From assembly GCF_039545135.1 (NCBI RefSeq), contig NZ_BAABRU010000004.1, positions 194,427 through 258,426 of the forward strand: DNA of 64,000 nt, written 5' to 3'. The translations under genes and the position numbers were made by a program. Numbering within the stretch: position 1 is the stretch's first letter; the number at the start of each line of letters is the position of its first letter. The notes under the pieces were generated by a model. The model had not been told where the DNA came from, searched no databases, and saw nothing but the letters and a program-made list of their open reading frames with translations. Of the stretch, positions 48,625 through 58,519 are shown in pieces. The DNA is from Herpetosiphon gulosus. GTDB lineage: Bacteria; Chloroflexota; Chloroflexia; Chloroflexales; Herpetosiphonaceae.

Positions 48625-49488
48625 ATGATTACGCAATGGATCGAAGAATATTTGTCCGCCAAAATCGCCGAACGCCGCAGCCCTGCTACCATCACTACCT
48701 ACCGTATCCGGTTAGGACGGTTTGGTGCTTGGGTCGTTGAACAACCCAATCAGGTGCTCACTCGTGCGTTATTGCGGGCCTACAGTGCGTACTTAGCCCA
48801 ACAAAACATCAGCATTGCCAGTCACTATAGTTATCTCAACGATGCCCTCGTCCTCGTGCGCTGGCTTGCTGAAGAAGGTTATATTCAACCCATTAAGACC
48901 GATAAACTCAAACCCCGATTACCCAAGCGCTTGCCTGCCCACTACACGATGGATCAAATTAAGCGCCTCCTGCTGGTTGCCGAGCTTCGTGAAAAAGCCA
49001 TGCTCTGTGTCTTACTGGATACCGGCGTTCGGGTCAGTGAACTGATTCAACTCCGCCGGACTAGCTTTGACTCGGAAGGCTGCGCCATGATTCTTGGCAA
49101 AGGCAGCAAGGATCGGTATATCTGGATTTCATCCGTGACCCAAGAAGTCCTTCGAACCTACATCGCCAGTCGGACGGATACGAACCCTGCGCTGTTTGTC
49201 AGCCATCGCCAGCAAAAAACGCTGACGATTAGCGGCGTACACCAGAGCTTCGATCGCTTAGCCTCCGACGCGGAGATCCGCAACGATGTGCGGCGTTTGA
49301 TTCACTCCTTTCGTGCCACCTTCGCCCGCGAACTGATCAAGAAAGGCCTTGATGCAGAAAGTCTACGGGTGTTGATGGGCCATGAAACGATTCAAATGTC
49401 TCTGCACTATGCACAACTCTCATCCCATGAGGCGACCCAAAATCGGCAAGGCGTGAACCTCCTCGAGAAGGTGGAGTCATGCTTATAA
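48625..49488 (+). CDS. Tyrosine recombinase/integrase (XerC/D-like)
   Basis: N-terminal SAM-like domain. Catalytic-domain motifs DTGVRVSEL (R), KGSKDR (K), HSFRATFA (HxxR), LMGHETIQMSLHYAQLS (catalytic Y). Confidence 0.85.
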   Translation: MITQWIEEYLSAKIAERRSPATITTYRIRLGRFGAWVVEQPNQVLTRALLRAYSAYLAQQNISIASHYSYLNDALVLVRWLAEEGYIQPIKTDKLKPRLPKRLPAHYTMDQIKRLLLVAELREKAMLCVLLDTGVRVSELIQLRRTSFDSEGCAMILGKGSKDRYIWISSVTQEVLRTYIASRTDTNPALFVSHRQQKTLTISGVHQSFDRLASDAEIRNDVRRLIHSFRATFARELIKKGLDAESLRVLMGHETIQMSLHYAQLSSHEATQNRQGVNLLEKVESCL

Positions 49489-49497
49489 GCCTCCAGT

Positions 49498-50151
49498 ATG
49501 CCCACCTATCCCGGTAGAAACAAGGGAAAAAGTGTACAGAAAGTCAGCACGTTTTTGACAAAAAACGTGCTGATAGGGGGATCTATGCCCATCGATGTTG
49601 GAATTGGTTTGGCCATGGCCACGATGCTGTATGCCGTGGTGCTTGAACGCTACAAGCACTATTTGGAGCCAGATTGGACGTGGATTGAAGTGGTTGTCGG
49701 AACCCTGCTGTGCGTGACTGCCGCAGGGATCGCCATCCGCCTTACGCCGAACGCCAGCTGGCCCCAGTATGAGCACCAGATCATCGCCAGCTTTGGCATT
49801 GGTGGTGGGGTCATTATTACGTGGCAAGTCTGGCGCATGATCAAACGTCGCCAACAAACCCGTGCGGTTGTCTTTGACCTCGTAAATGGCGACCACCAAG
49901 AAAGGGATGTGGATGCCACGGCGACGACTCCGTTGGCCGAACGTGGTGAACGAACATCGACTCGAAGCGCTAGCGAACGCCGCGCAATCGTCGAAGCAAG
50001 CTATCCGAGCCAAAGAGTTGCTCAACCAAGTGGTGCATCAGCGCTATCACTTGAACAATCCCGAAGCCGTCGAACTTATCCTGACCAAGATCGCCCTGCT
50101 GCTCGCAGAGATCGAGGCCAATCAGGAACGAATTCAGCGCCTCTTGATTGA
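49498..50151 (+). CDS. Hypothetical membrane protein (frame uncertain; overlaps alternative ORF 49886-50188)
   Basis: The first third has two hydrophobic helices (GIGLAMATMLYAVVL, VVGTLLCVTAAGIAI). The rest is Arg/Ser-rich. The alternative frame 49886-50188 encodes a helical 100-aa protein and could be an Xis-like factor. I cannot resolve the two from sequence alone. Confidence 0.3.
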   Translation: MPTYPGRNKGKSVQKVSTFLTKNVLIGGSMPIDVGIGLAMATMLYAVVLERYKHYLEPDWTWIEVVVGTLLCVTAAGIAIRLTPNASWPQYEHQIIASFGIGGGVIITWQVWRMIKRRQQTRAVVFDLVNGDHQERDVDATATTPLAERGERTSTRSASERRAIVEASYPSQRVAQPSGASALSLEQSRSRRTYPDQDRPAARRDRGQSGTNSAPLD

Positions 50152-50304
50152 TGCAGCCCACGGCGAAGAGAAAACGCCCGAGTCGTAAAACCCAGTTGCC
50201 CCAATGGCCATGTGCGATTGGGGCAGCATCCTCATTCCTTGCCCTTCGATAGAGATAGTAGTGTGCTGTGGTGAGTATCCTCCCGCAGCACCGAGGATAG
50301 ATCA

Positions 50305-51900
50305 ATGACGACACCGTTATATGCGCAGGTGCGCACTGCTATTCAGCAGTTGCTGGCAGGCCAGACCCTTGACCTGACCCGTGATTGGGGCGAATGGCTA
50401 TCGATGATCCAAAGTTTAGTCTATGCCTTTGAACAGGGCGGCTCGGCTGCCGTCCAAACCGCACTGGAAACCGCGATGCGGGTTGATAGTCGCGTTGCGG
50501 CGCTGGTGGTTGACCCTGCACCACCCACAGCCTTGCGCACCATGCCACCCTTACCGAGTGAATTGAGCAAAGCCATCCGGCAGCACGGCGCATGTGGCCA
50601 CTGGCTCGATACCTATATCGGCTATGCCAGTTATGCCAGTCCGGTCACGCCCGCGATTTTTCATGAAGCGGCAGGCCTCTTTTTGGCGGCGACCGCGATC
50701 GCGCGGCGGCTGTATCTGCAAATTGGCGAAACCTACTACTACCCCAATGTCTATGCGCTATTTGTGGCTCCTCCTGGGCGCTATGCCAAATCGACGGCGA
50801 TGAAGGTCGTCGAGCGGGTATTGCGTCGCGCAGGTCTTGGCCATTTGCTACTACCCGACAAAAGCACGCCCCAGTCGCTGCTCCAGCAGTTTTCGACCGT
50901 CATTCCTGACAAACTGGACAGCTACAGTGATTACGACCGTGAGCAATGGCTACTCGCTCGCGCTCAAGCGGCCCAACGGGCATGGTTGCTTGATGAAGCG
51001 GGATTTCTCTTCAGCGATATGAAGAAAGAGTATATGGCCGAGCTGCTCTCGCTCTTACTCAAGCTGTTTGATAATCCCGAATACTTGGCCCACGAAACCA
51101 TCACCCATGGCCGAACAACCATCCGTGATGCCAGTCTTTCATTCCTTGGCGCAACCACACCGAAAAACATCGAGGAGCATCTGCGCAGCGAAAAGCTGTG
51201 GGATGAAGGCTTATGGAGTCGCTTCGCGATTCTGATTCCTGAGCACGACCCGATTTATGCCGAGTTTCCTGATGAACTCACCATGCCCCCGGCGCTGCTC
51301 GATGGCCTGAAACACCTCGATTTGCTGTTTCCGAAGCCCGACGCTGAACTGGTTGATGACGTACCCGAGGAAAATATCAAGCGCTTTGTGCGGATCTATA
51401 ACGAGCATCCCCCCAGCGCTATCCGCCTCGCGCCCGGGGTCATGAGTCTCTGGAAACGCTATGACAAGGCCGTCCGGTTTGACCTGCCCAATAACGGCTT
51501 ACCCGACACGCTGTATGCCAGCTATGCCCGTTTCCCGGGGCATGTGTTGCGGGTGGCCATGATTCTGGCCGCCATGGATTGCCCTGAGTTACCCGTGATG
51601 ATGCAGCTCGATCACCTCAAACGCGCAATCACGATCGTCGAGCGCTGGCGCAGCGACTTGCATCGGATTTGGAGCGATGGGATTCGGAGTGAAGAAACCA
51701 AGCTGGGAGATAAATTGGTCGGCATGCTCAAAGCCTCGCTCTCGGGCTTGACTGTGCGCGATATCTGCCGCCAAACCAACCAATCCAAAAAAGAGATCAC
51801 CGAAGTCCTTGAAGTCTTACGCCTCGCAGGCCAAATTGACGTGCTGGAGACCAAAGCCGCCAACGGTCGGGTGATGCAACTGTGGAGATATAGCGCATGA
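50305..51900 (+). CDS. Hypothetical replication-associated protein (DUF3987-like; family assignment tentative)
   Basis: 531-aa ORF just upstream of the iterons and the primase gene. No Walker A. Family recall is weak. Confidence 0.45.
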   Translation: MTTPLYAQVRTAIQQLLAGQTLDLTRDWGEWLSMIQSLVYAFEQGGSAAVQTALETAMRVDSRVAALVVDPAPPTALRTMPPLPSELSKAIRQHGACGHWLDTYIGYASYASPVTPAIFHEAAGLFLAATAIARRLYLQIGETYYYPNVYALFVAPPGRYAKSTAMKVVERVLRRAGLGHLLLPDKSTPQSLLQQFSTVIPDKLDSYSDYDREQWLLARAQAAQRAWLLDEAGFLFSDMKKEYMAELLSLLLKLFDNPEYLAHETITHGRTTIRDASLSFLGATTPKNIEEHLRSEKLWDEGLWSRFAILIPEHDPIYAEFPDELTMPPALLDGLKHLDLLFPKPDAELVDDVPEENIKRFVRIYNEHPPSAIRLAPGVMSLWKRYDKAVRFDLPNNGLPDTLYASYARFPGHVLRVAMILAAMDCPELPVMMQLDHLKRAITIVERWRSDLHRIWSDGIRSEETKLGDKLVGMLKASLSGLTVRDICRQTNQSKKEITEVLEVLRLAGQIDVLETKAANGRVMQLWRYSA

Positions 51901-52185
51901 GAAGTGTCATAAGTGTCATGAAGTGTCATAAACGGTTTATGACGCTAAAAACCCACTTGGGGAGCCGCTTCCTTGAGAAGTGTCATAGTGTCATAAGGGG
52001 ACATGTCCAATTTAATAAGGAACATGTACGCGAGACCGATGAGACCACACAAAATCAAAAAATAGCATGACACTTCTGACACTATGACACTTCTCCGTTC
52101 TATCCCATTGGAAAGCCCTAAATCGTTGATTTTGGCTGCATGACACTTCTCTGACACTTCATGACACTTCTCGTGGGAGGGTTCA
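51901..52185. promoter_or_regulatory. Iteron field: at least 10 copies of AAGTGTCAT / ATGACACTT in direct and inverted orientation (candidate origin or primase/initiator binding sites)
   Basis: Direct copies at 51901-51930 and 51977-51996. Inverted copies at 52067-52096 and 52141-52172. Read directly from sequence. Confidence 0.55.
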
Positions 52186-53322
52186 ATGATTGAACATCTT
52201 TCGGGCGATGATTTTCTTTCTTTGGTTGGCCAGCGCACCGCCCTGCGCAAAGTGGCCGCAACCAATGGCGGTGAATGGGCGGGAGCATGCCCTTTGTGTG
52301 GAGGGAAGGATCGCTTTCGGGTGCAACCGCATGGGGATCGTGGTGGCCGCTGGTGGTGTCGCAGTTGTCGCGATGGCCAGCCGTGGGCTTCGGATATTGA
52401 TTTTGTCTTTCTACGCGATCACGGCTTTATCCCCAGTACCGATCATCCAGAGTGGCCTGCGTTGATCAAAGAGGCTTTTGCCACACTGGGGTTGACGATC
52501 GAGCAATCACGACCATCGACGAAGGTCGTCCCTGACCCTGAGCCACCGAATGATTGTGAGCCACCCGCTGCGCTTTGGCAACAAGCCGCCCTGAGTTTTC
52601 TTGGCTACGCGGTTGATATGTTGTGGAAGGATGGGGATAGCCAGCCCTCGCCACGCACCTACTTACACCAGCGTGGCCTGACCGATCATACGCTCCGCGC
52701 TGCCGCGATTGGCTACAACCCCAAACCGCTCTACCGTCCGCTGCACAAGTGGGGACTGACAGACCCGAAGAAAGATGGCGTGTGGTTGCCTGCGGGCTAT
52801 GTGATCCCATGGTTTTGTGATGGGCAGCTCTGGAAGCTCTCGATTCGCCAAACGACCCCGCGCGACGAGGGCATGAAATACGTGACGATTGCTGGCAGCA
52901 GCAATGTGCCCTATGGCATTGATACCTTCCGCGCAGGCCGCCCGGGTATTCTGGTGGAAGGGCCGATTGATGCGTTGGTGGCCCAACAAGCACTTGGCCA
53001 ATTCGAACGCCATGGGCAACCACTCAGCGGGGTTGCGGCGATTGGCACAACCCAAGGGCGCGGCTTTCGTTGGCTCGTCCAATACAGCCTCTGTCAGCCG
53101 CTCTTCATTGCCACCGATGCCGATCAGGCAGGCGATAAGGCCGCTGCCTATTGGCTCGATATCTTCAAAGGCAAAGAGGTTGCCCGCATGCGGCCCGACC
53201 CGCACGATTTTGGCACGATGGCGGTGCAGTGTGGCATGGATTTACGGTCGTGGATTGCCACCCATCTTGATCGCTGGTGGACGGGCGACCTCGCCCCTAG
53301 CCCGATTCAATCAGTTGCCTAA
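52186..53322 (+). CDS. DNA primase, zinc-finger + Toprim type (DnaG-like, element-encoded)
   Basis: CPLCGGKDRFRV...WWCRSC zinc-binding motif. Toprim Glu in ILVEGPIDAL and DxD in FIATDADQAGDKAA. Confidence 0.7.
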   Translation: MIEHLSGDDFLSLVGQRTALRKVAATNGGEWAGACPLCGGKDRFRVQPHGDRGGRWWCRSCRDGQPWASDIDFVFLRDHGFIPSTDHPEWPALIKEAFATLGLTIEQSRPSTKVVPDPEPPNDCEPPAALWQQAALSFLGYAVDMLWKDGDSQPSPRTYLHQRGLTDHTLRAAAIGYNPKPLYRPLHKWGLTDPKKDGVWLPAGYVIPWFCDGQLWKLSIRQTTPRDEGMKYVTIAGSSNVPYGIDTFRAGRPGILVEGPIDALVAQQALGQFERHGQPLSGVAAIGTTQGRGFRWLVQYSLCQPLFIATDADQAGDKAAAYWLDIFKGKEVARMRPDPHDFGTMAVQCGMDLRSWIATHLDRWWTGDLAPSPIQSVA

Positions 53323-53394
53323 GACCTGAATGTTTTCTCCTGATATTTAGCGGCGATGGGTGGGTGTATCCCATCCATCGCCGAGGAGCCTGTT

Positions 53395-54384
53395 ATGACC
53401 ACTCTCGTCCATGGGGCCAATATTGGCCATGGCTATGTCAAATATACGATCAATGCTGGTGATCACGAAGAAACAATTATTTTCCCAGCGCTGGTGGCTC
53501 CCGCCAGTAGCACCGATGGCAATCTGCACGATGTGCCCACCGTGGACGTTCACGGCACACTCTGGTGGACAGGTGATGATGCCCTGTTGCACCCCGCGCC
53601 CTTATCACTCCGCTCGCAACAACGGCTCTACGATCGCCACATTATCCCTGCGCTGGTCAAAGGAGCGTTACAGCGCCTCAAGCAGCCCTGTGGTGGCGCA
53701 TGTGTGACTGGACTCCCTGCGGCCTGGTCCGGCGAACGGGATTTAGCGGTGGCCTTGGGGTCGCGGCTGCGAGATGCGGTTGCAACCCAGTACTATCACG
53801 GCACAACCCTGAAAACGGGCATCCGCGTGATTAGTGAACCGCTTGGCGCGTTGTATGGCGTGTTGCTCGACCCCAGTGGGGCGATTACCACTAGTGGCTA
53901 TGAGATGAGTCGGGTTGGGGTGATTGACTTGGGCCACAACACCGTGGATGCCTGCATTGTCCAAGCGATGAATGTGGTGCCCGAAAGTGCGATTAGCTTC
54001 GAGTTGGGTAGCGCCAGTCCGCTCCAGCAGCTCCAGACCAAGATTAGCGGGCGCTACAACCTTGATCTGACTTTACACGAAGTTGATCACGCGGTGCGGG
54101 CAGGCTATGTACGGGTCGCGGGTGAGGAATGCGATCTGCCAACCGGATGGGATCGCCCATGGCTGGCCAATGGCCAACAGGTCGCGGATGCGCTTGTGCG
54201 AGCGTGGGGCAGCGGCGCGAAACTGGCGGCGATTATTGTGGCGGGTGGTGGTGCAGAAATGCCCATGCTGGTTCAAGCGATTCACCAGCGTTTCCGCCAA
54301 ACGATCGTTGCACCCAACCCACAAACGGCGATCGCCCGTGGCTATGCCCGCCGTGCGCGGCGCTACGAGGAGTTTGGCCAATGA
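53395..54384 (+). CDS. Actin-like ATPase (ParM/StbA family) segregation protein
   Basis: Phosphate-1-like VHGANIGHGYVK and phosphate-2-like GVIDLGHNTVDA motifs. RBS GAGGAG upstream of the ATG at 53395. Confidence 0.55.
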   Translation: MTTLVHGANIGHGYVKYTINAGDHEETIIFPALVAPASSTDGNLHDVPTVDVHGTLWWTGDDALLHPAPLSLRSQQRLYDRHIIPALVKGALQRLKQPCGGACVTGLPAAWSGERDLAVALGSRLRDAVATQYYHGTTLKTGIRVISEPLGALYGVLLDPSGAITTSGYEMSRVGVIDLGHNTVDACIVQAMNVVPESAISFELGSASPLQQLQTKISGRYNLDLTLHEVDHAVRAGYVRVAGEECDLPTGWDRPWLANGQQVADALVRAWGSGAKLAAIIVAGGGAEMPMLVQAIHQRFRQTIVAPNPQTAIARGYARRARRYEEFGQ

Positions 54385-54773
54385 GTTTTGATGAACGCCT
54401 GACGACGCGCAGCTCCGGCGTGCTGAGCGCGATGATTGCCAGTCTCGGCAATGAATCCGCCGTACTTCGCGCCCTTGTGATTATTGGCTTGCACACCTGT
54501 GGCAAAAACATCCAGCTATTCACTGCCGATGCCTTGGCCAGCGTCGCCCGCCTTGATGATCACGCCGTGCGGGACACTTTGCTGGCGGTGCTGATGAAAC
54601 CTGTTGAACAAGCGTTGCACCCACGTTCCCCCAGCGTTGAACCCGTGTTACACGCCAGTACACCATCTGTTGAACACACGTTGCACACCAGTACACCACC
54701 TGTTGAACAAATCCCAGTTCCGCCGCCCACGACGCTCGATCTTCCGCCTGATCCCGAGTACCAAGATGTGTAA
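54381..54773 (+). CDS. Hypothetical protein, translationally coupled to the ParM-like gene (ATGA overlap); possible ParR-like adaptor
   Basis: Start ATG overlaps the upstream stop. Pro/Thr-rich C-terminal tail with repeated PSVE(P/H)xLH. Confidence 0.35.
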   Translation: MSFDERLTTRSSGVLSAMIASLGNESAVLRALVIIGLHTCGKNIQLFTADALASVARLDDHAVRDTLLAVLMKPVEQALHPRSPSVEPVLHASTPSVEHTLHTSTPPVEQIPVPPPTTLDLPPDPEYQDV

Positions 54774-55644
54774 ATGAAAGGGAACTGCTATGACTTCACC
54801 TTCAGCCGTGCTGGCTCGGATTGAAACAATCACGCGTGTTTTGCAGGACGTGGTTCAAGGATTACAGGGAAAGCCCTTCCACTGGGGCGGAGGGCAACGC
54901 GAACACTGGATGCCCTTACTGGCAACCATGGGCTTCCATTTGATCACGAAAACCCAAATCGCCAAACAAGGCTATCGCTTAAAACGGGGGGCGCAGCCTG
55001 TGGGCACAGTCTACTACGACGCACCCTTGCAACGCTATGCCGATGTCTATCTCCGTGAATGCCAGTGTGTCGCGCTTACTGATTCCGCATCGGCAGATGA
55101 TTCGGCGCTTGACCAACAAAAAACCGCCGATGAATAAGCATCGGCGGCGTGCATCACCGGAGAACACCAAAGTGATGCAGCGCTAGTATACCAAAGGAGA
55201 ACACCATGACAACATCGGATGTGTTATTTGATCTGCACCGCCTTGATCCTAGCCGCAAACTCATCAAAGGCCTCGCCTGCACGCTCGGCTGGGGCAATAG
55301 CATTGTTACCACCGTCTCGACCCTGAGCGATTTTCAGCATTGGCTGTGGGGAATTCGTGATTATCGCGGCATCCTCGCGGGGCTGGGGGTCGCGCTGTTT
55401 CTCTTCCTTGGCCAACTCTATACCTTGCGCCGGACTGCGTGGGGCTATGGCTGTTTTCTGGCTCCCGATGCCATGATTACGGCCTATAAATGGTGTGAAT
55501 GGTTGTTTTACCCCATCGCCTACAAACTGGCTTCCGGCCTGCCAGCGCTGGCCCTCGCGTGGGGTGCAGGCTTGGCGCTCGGGGTTGTCTCAGCGCGGTG
55601 GCCCGAATATCTGGCCTTTGGCCGCACTGTACAGGAGCATCCGC

Positions 55645-56757
55645 ATGGATATTAATTCGCCGTGGCTCTATCCGTTGATTTTTCTGTTTGCCTGTAGTTT
55701 TGTTGGCACGTTTCTGTGGTGGCATGCACGCACCCCTACCAGCGAACGCCGCCATGCCGCTGCGCCTACCGCACCCGTGCGTGCGACAAATCCGGCACGG
55801 CCAGTCGTGGTGGAGCGTCCGCGTGGTGAAACCTCACCGGAACCCACGACCACCAGTTTATCAACCTATTCATGGCCCATGCTGCTCGACACCTTGGCCA
55901 AGCGCCCGCATATTGGGATTGCTGGCCCCTCGCGCCAAGGCAAGTCGGTACTGAGTATGGCCCTGACCTATCTTCGCGCCGTCGATGGTCACCAGCTGGT
56001 GATTCTCAACTCACATGCGCGACCGAATGATTACGGCGGCTTGCCACAAATCTATGACTATCCGGCGATCAACCGCGTGATGAAAGCGTTGCTGGCTGAG
56101 CTAGGGCGACGCAAGGCCGCTGCGGCCACAGGCGTGAATCATTTTGATCCGATTACGGTGGTGTTGGAAGAAGCGCCTGATGTCATGAGCAAGGTGCATG
56201 GCGAAGATGGCTCAGCCGCCAAACCTAAAGTGCCTGTTGCGCAGCGCTTTGTGGGCGAAATGCTCCGCCAAGCCGCCAAGTATCGCATGCATCTGATCCT
56301 TGTGACCCAAACCACCTTAGTCAAACCACTGGGCATTGAAGGCGATAGCGAAGCACTCGATAACTTGCTCTGGATTGCGATTGGCGATCGGGCCTTGGAG
56401 AAAATGAAGTCGCCCCTCGTTGCCCCATGGCCTGCGGCGATTGAGTGGAATTGTCAATGGTTTTGGTGCAATCGCGAACCGGCGTGGATGTTATCGACCC
56501 GCCCGATTGACCCAGCACGCCTGTGGCGAGTTCCCGATTCCATGGGAGATCCCGCAGGTGATTCCCCGCTTGGAACCATGGGAACTAGCGATGAGAGCCT
56601 GATTGATGAGGCCACGTTGACCGATGTCATCCTGATTACCAAGCTCATCCTTGCTGGCAAAAGTGGCAACGAAATTATTGACAGCTTGGGTGGCAAACGC
56701 ACGCGCCGTCTCAGCCAAATTCGCCATGTCAAGCAGGTGCTTGATCTTGGCGCTTAA
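55645..56757 (+). CDS. Membrane-anchored P-loop ATPase, FtsK/SpoIIIE/TraB-like (candidate DNA-transfer protein)
   Basis: N-terminal TM (WLYPLIFLFACSFVGTFLWW), Walker A GIAGPSRQGKS, and a hydrophobic Walker-B-like HLILVTQT. RBS AGGAG upstream of the ATG at 55645. Confidence 0.5.
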   Translation: MDINSPWLYPLIFLFACSFVGTFLWWHARTPTSERRHAAAPTAPVRATNPARPVVVERPRGETSPEPTTTSLSTYSWPMLLDTLAKRPHIGIAGPSRQGKSVLSMALTYLRAVDGHQLVILNSHARPNDYGGLPQIYDYPAINRVMKALLAELGRRKAAAATGVNHFDPITVVLEEAPDVMSKVHGEDGSAAKPKVPVAQRFVGEMLRQAAKYRMHLILVTQTTLVKPLGIEGDSEALDNLLWIAIGDRALEKMKSPLVAPWPAAIEWNCQWFWCNREPAWMLSTRPIDPARLWRVPDSMGDPAGDSPLGTMGTSDESLIDEATLTDVILITKLILAGKSGNEIIDSLGGKRTRRLSQIRHVKQVLDLGA

Positions 56758-57554
56758 TACCGAAAGGAATCATTCTTATGACCACGACACCGATGACCAT
56801 TACCTTGACCGAAACCCTTGATCTGCCGAAACACGGCCAGCATACCGTGCAAATCACCGTGACCCCACCGAGCACCGAGCCGCACGATCTCGCTCCCTTG
56901 CTGCAACAGGCGACCATGACCCTCTTTCAGCAACTGGATGCTGCCCTGATTCGTGTTCAGCAGCCACCGCGCTATCTGTGTGGTGCACTGTGTAGCGTGC
57001 TCGTCTGCCCATTTCTTGGGTTGTATCTGCGTGTTCCCCAAAGCACGCCGCTCGAAACCCTGCTGGCGGAAACGGTGATCGATGCCAAGGGCGATGCTCA
57101 CCAGCTCTGGACGGTCGCACTGATGGCCGTTCCGCCAGCGCTTGTCTTGCCGCATATCCCTGTGCTTATTCATGCTTTTTCGATCCAAGGGGCGAAGTCA
57201 TGGCGGGAATATCGCGGCGAAGGTGATACCCTGCTTGCAGAACGCTTGCATGAGTGGCAACACGCTATTCCTGAACCAGTACGAACCGATGAACACTGGC
57301 TTAGTGGACTTTAATTGAGTATTCGAGGCCGTGGCTGCTACATTAAGCAAGCCACGGCCATTTGGTGATCAGGATGCTTGCGGCATTCTTGCCCATTCAT
57401 ATCGTGTTCAAACCGTGTTCATATCGCGTTCAGATGGTCTACAAATCGCCAAGTAAAAAATAGCGCACTAGAATCGCCTAAATTGGCTATTTGGTCGTGC
57501 CGACATTCTTTAACAGGCTGCACAGCCACCAATTATCGTGTGAGGAGTGATTGA

Positions 57555-58490
57555 ATGACAACCCATACCTCCGTTGGCCTTAATCCCACTGAGCTGCACA
57601 TCCTGCTGCTCGTTGCTCGGCTTGGTCGCTTGCTGTCACGCCACCTGCGCACCGCGTGGGGCCATCCGTTTACCGTGACGATTCAGACCGTCAATCGCAC
57701 GTTGGCCAAGCTGGTTGATGCCAAGCTGCTGATCTATTGCGAACACTTTCAATCGCATGGCTATGATCCGCGTGGTGCGATCGGGTGGACACGCCATGGC
57801 CGCTTATATAGTCTCACGCCCCTTGGCTGGGAGATCGTCAAACAGGCCTTTCCCATGCTGGAGGAAGGCAGTGAGCGGCTGGCTCCCACGATGTTTAATC
57901 CCCAACATCAAGCCGAACACCAAATTGAGTATGCCGAGTTCATCACCAGCTTGATTCAGTCGCTACCGTATGTGCCTGGTATTGTCGGCATGAGTAGTTA
58001 TATTGAGATGGACTTAGGCCCAACCGCACGGCCACGCGCTGATGGCATTGTTGTGGTGCGGCGCTGGGCCGATGCGACGCAGCCCGATTCTGAGCGCTCG
58101 TCGTTGTATCCATGGCTTGGGATTGGCCAACAGCAAGGGCAAATTGATCAACTGTATGCGATTGAAATCGATCGGGGAACCGAGGAGTTGAGTATTATTA
58201 CGGGGAAAGCCCATTCGTATGGGGAATTATATCGATCGAAGTATTGGGAAGGGCGCTATAGCTGGCCTTTAATTGCCTTTACCGTGCCGAGCGAACGCCG
58301 CAAACGGGCCGTGCTTGATGCGTGGGAAATCGGCTGGCCCGGCAGCCAGCTGCTCATTGCGACCATCGACGATGTGCGTGAGTCGGGTATTCTCACGCCG
58401 ATATGGACGACCCAGTACACCAAGCAAGGCCAACGGATTCAGCAATCGCATCGGTTTTTGCGAGCTGCTTGGTTTGAAAAGGTTATATGA
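57555..58490 (+). CDS. Hypothetical wHTH protein (possibly replication-relaxation family)
   Basis: N-terminal segment LHILLLVARLGRLLSRHLRTAW...VNRTLAKLVDAKLL resembles a winged helix. Family assignment is weak. Confidence 0.35.
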   Translation: MTTHTSVGLNPTELHILLLVARLGRLLSRHLRTAWGHPFTVTIQTVNRTLAKLVDAKLLIYCEHFQSHGYDPRGAIGWTRHGRLYSLTPLGWEIVKQAFPMLEEGSERLAPTMFNPQHQAEHQIEYAEFITSLIQSLPYVPGIVGMSSYIEMDLGPTARPRADGIVVVRRWADATQPDSERSSLYPWLGIGQQQGQIDQLYAIEIDRGTEELSIITGKAHSYGELYRSKYWEGRYSWPLIAFTVPSERRKRAVLDAWEIGWPGSQLLIATIDDVRESGILTPIWTTQYTKQGQRIQQSHRFLRAAWFEKVI

Positions 58491-58519
58491 TTCAATAATC
58501 ATTTAAAATAAATTACATT

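Noticed and set aside
55206-55655. 149-aa membrane ORF and the 55495 start of the ATPase ORF
   Set aside because: The overlapping frames conflict. The ATG at 55645 has an AGGAG RBS and begins with the TM helix, so the longer N-terminal extension (a Cys/Trp/Arg-rich translation of the other gene's frame) is rejected. The 149-aa ORF is left unannotated as uncertain.
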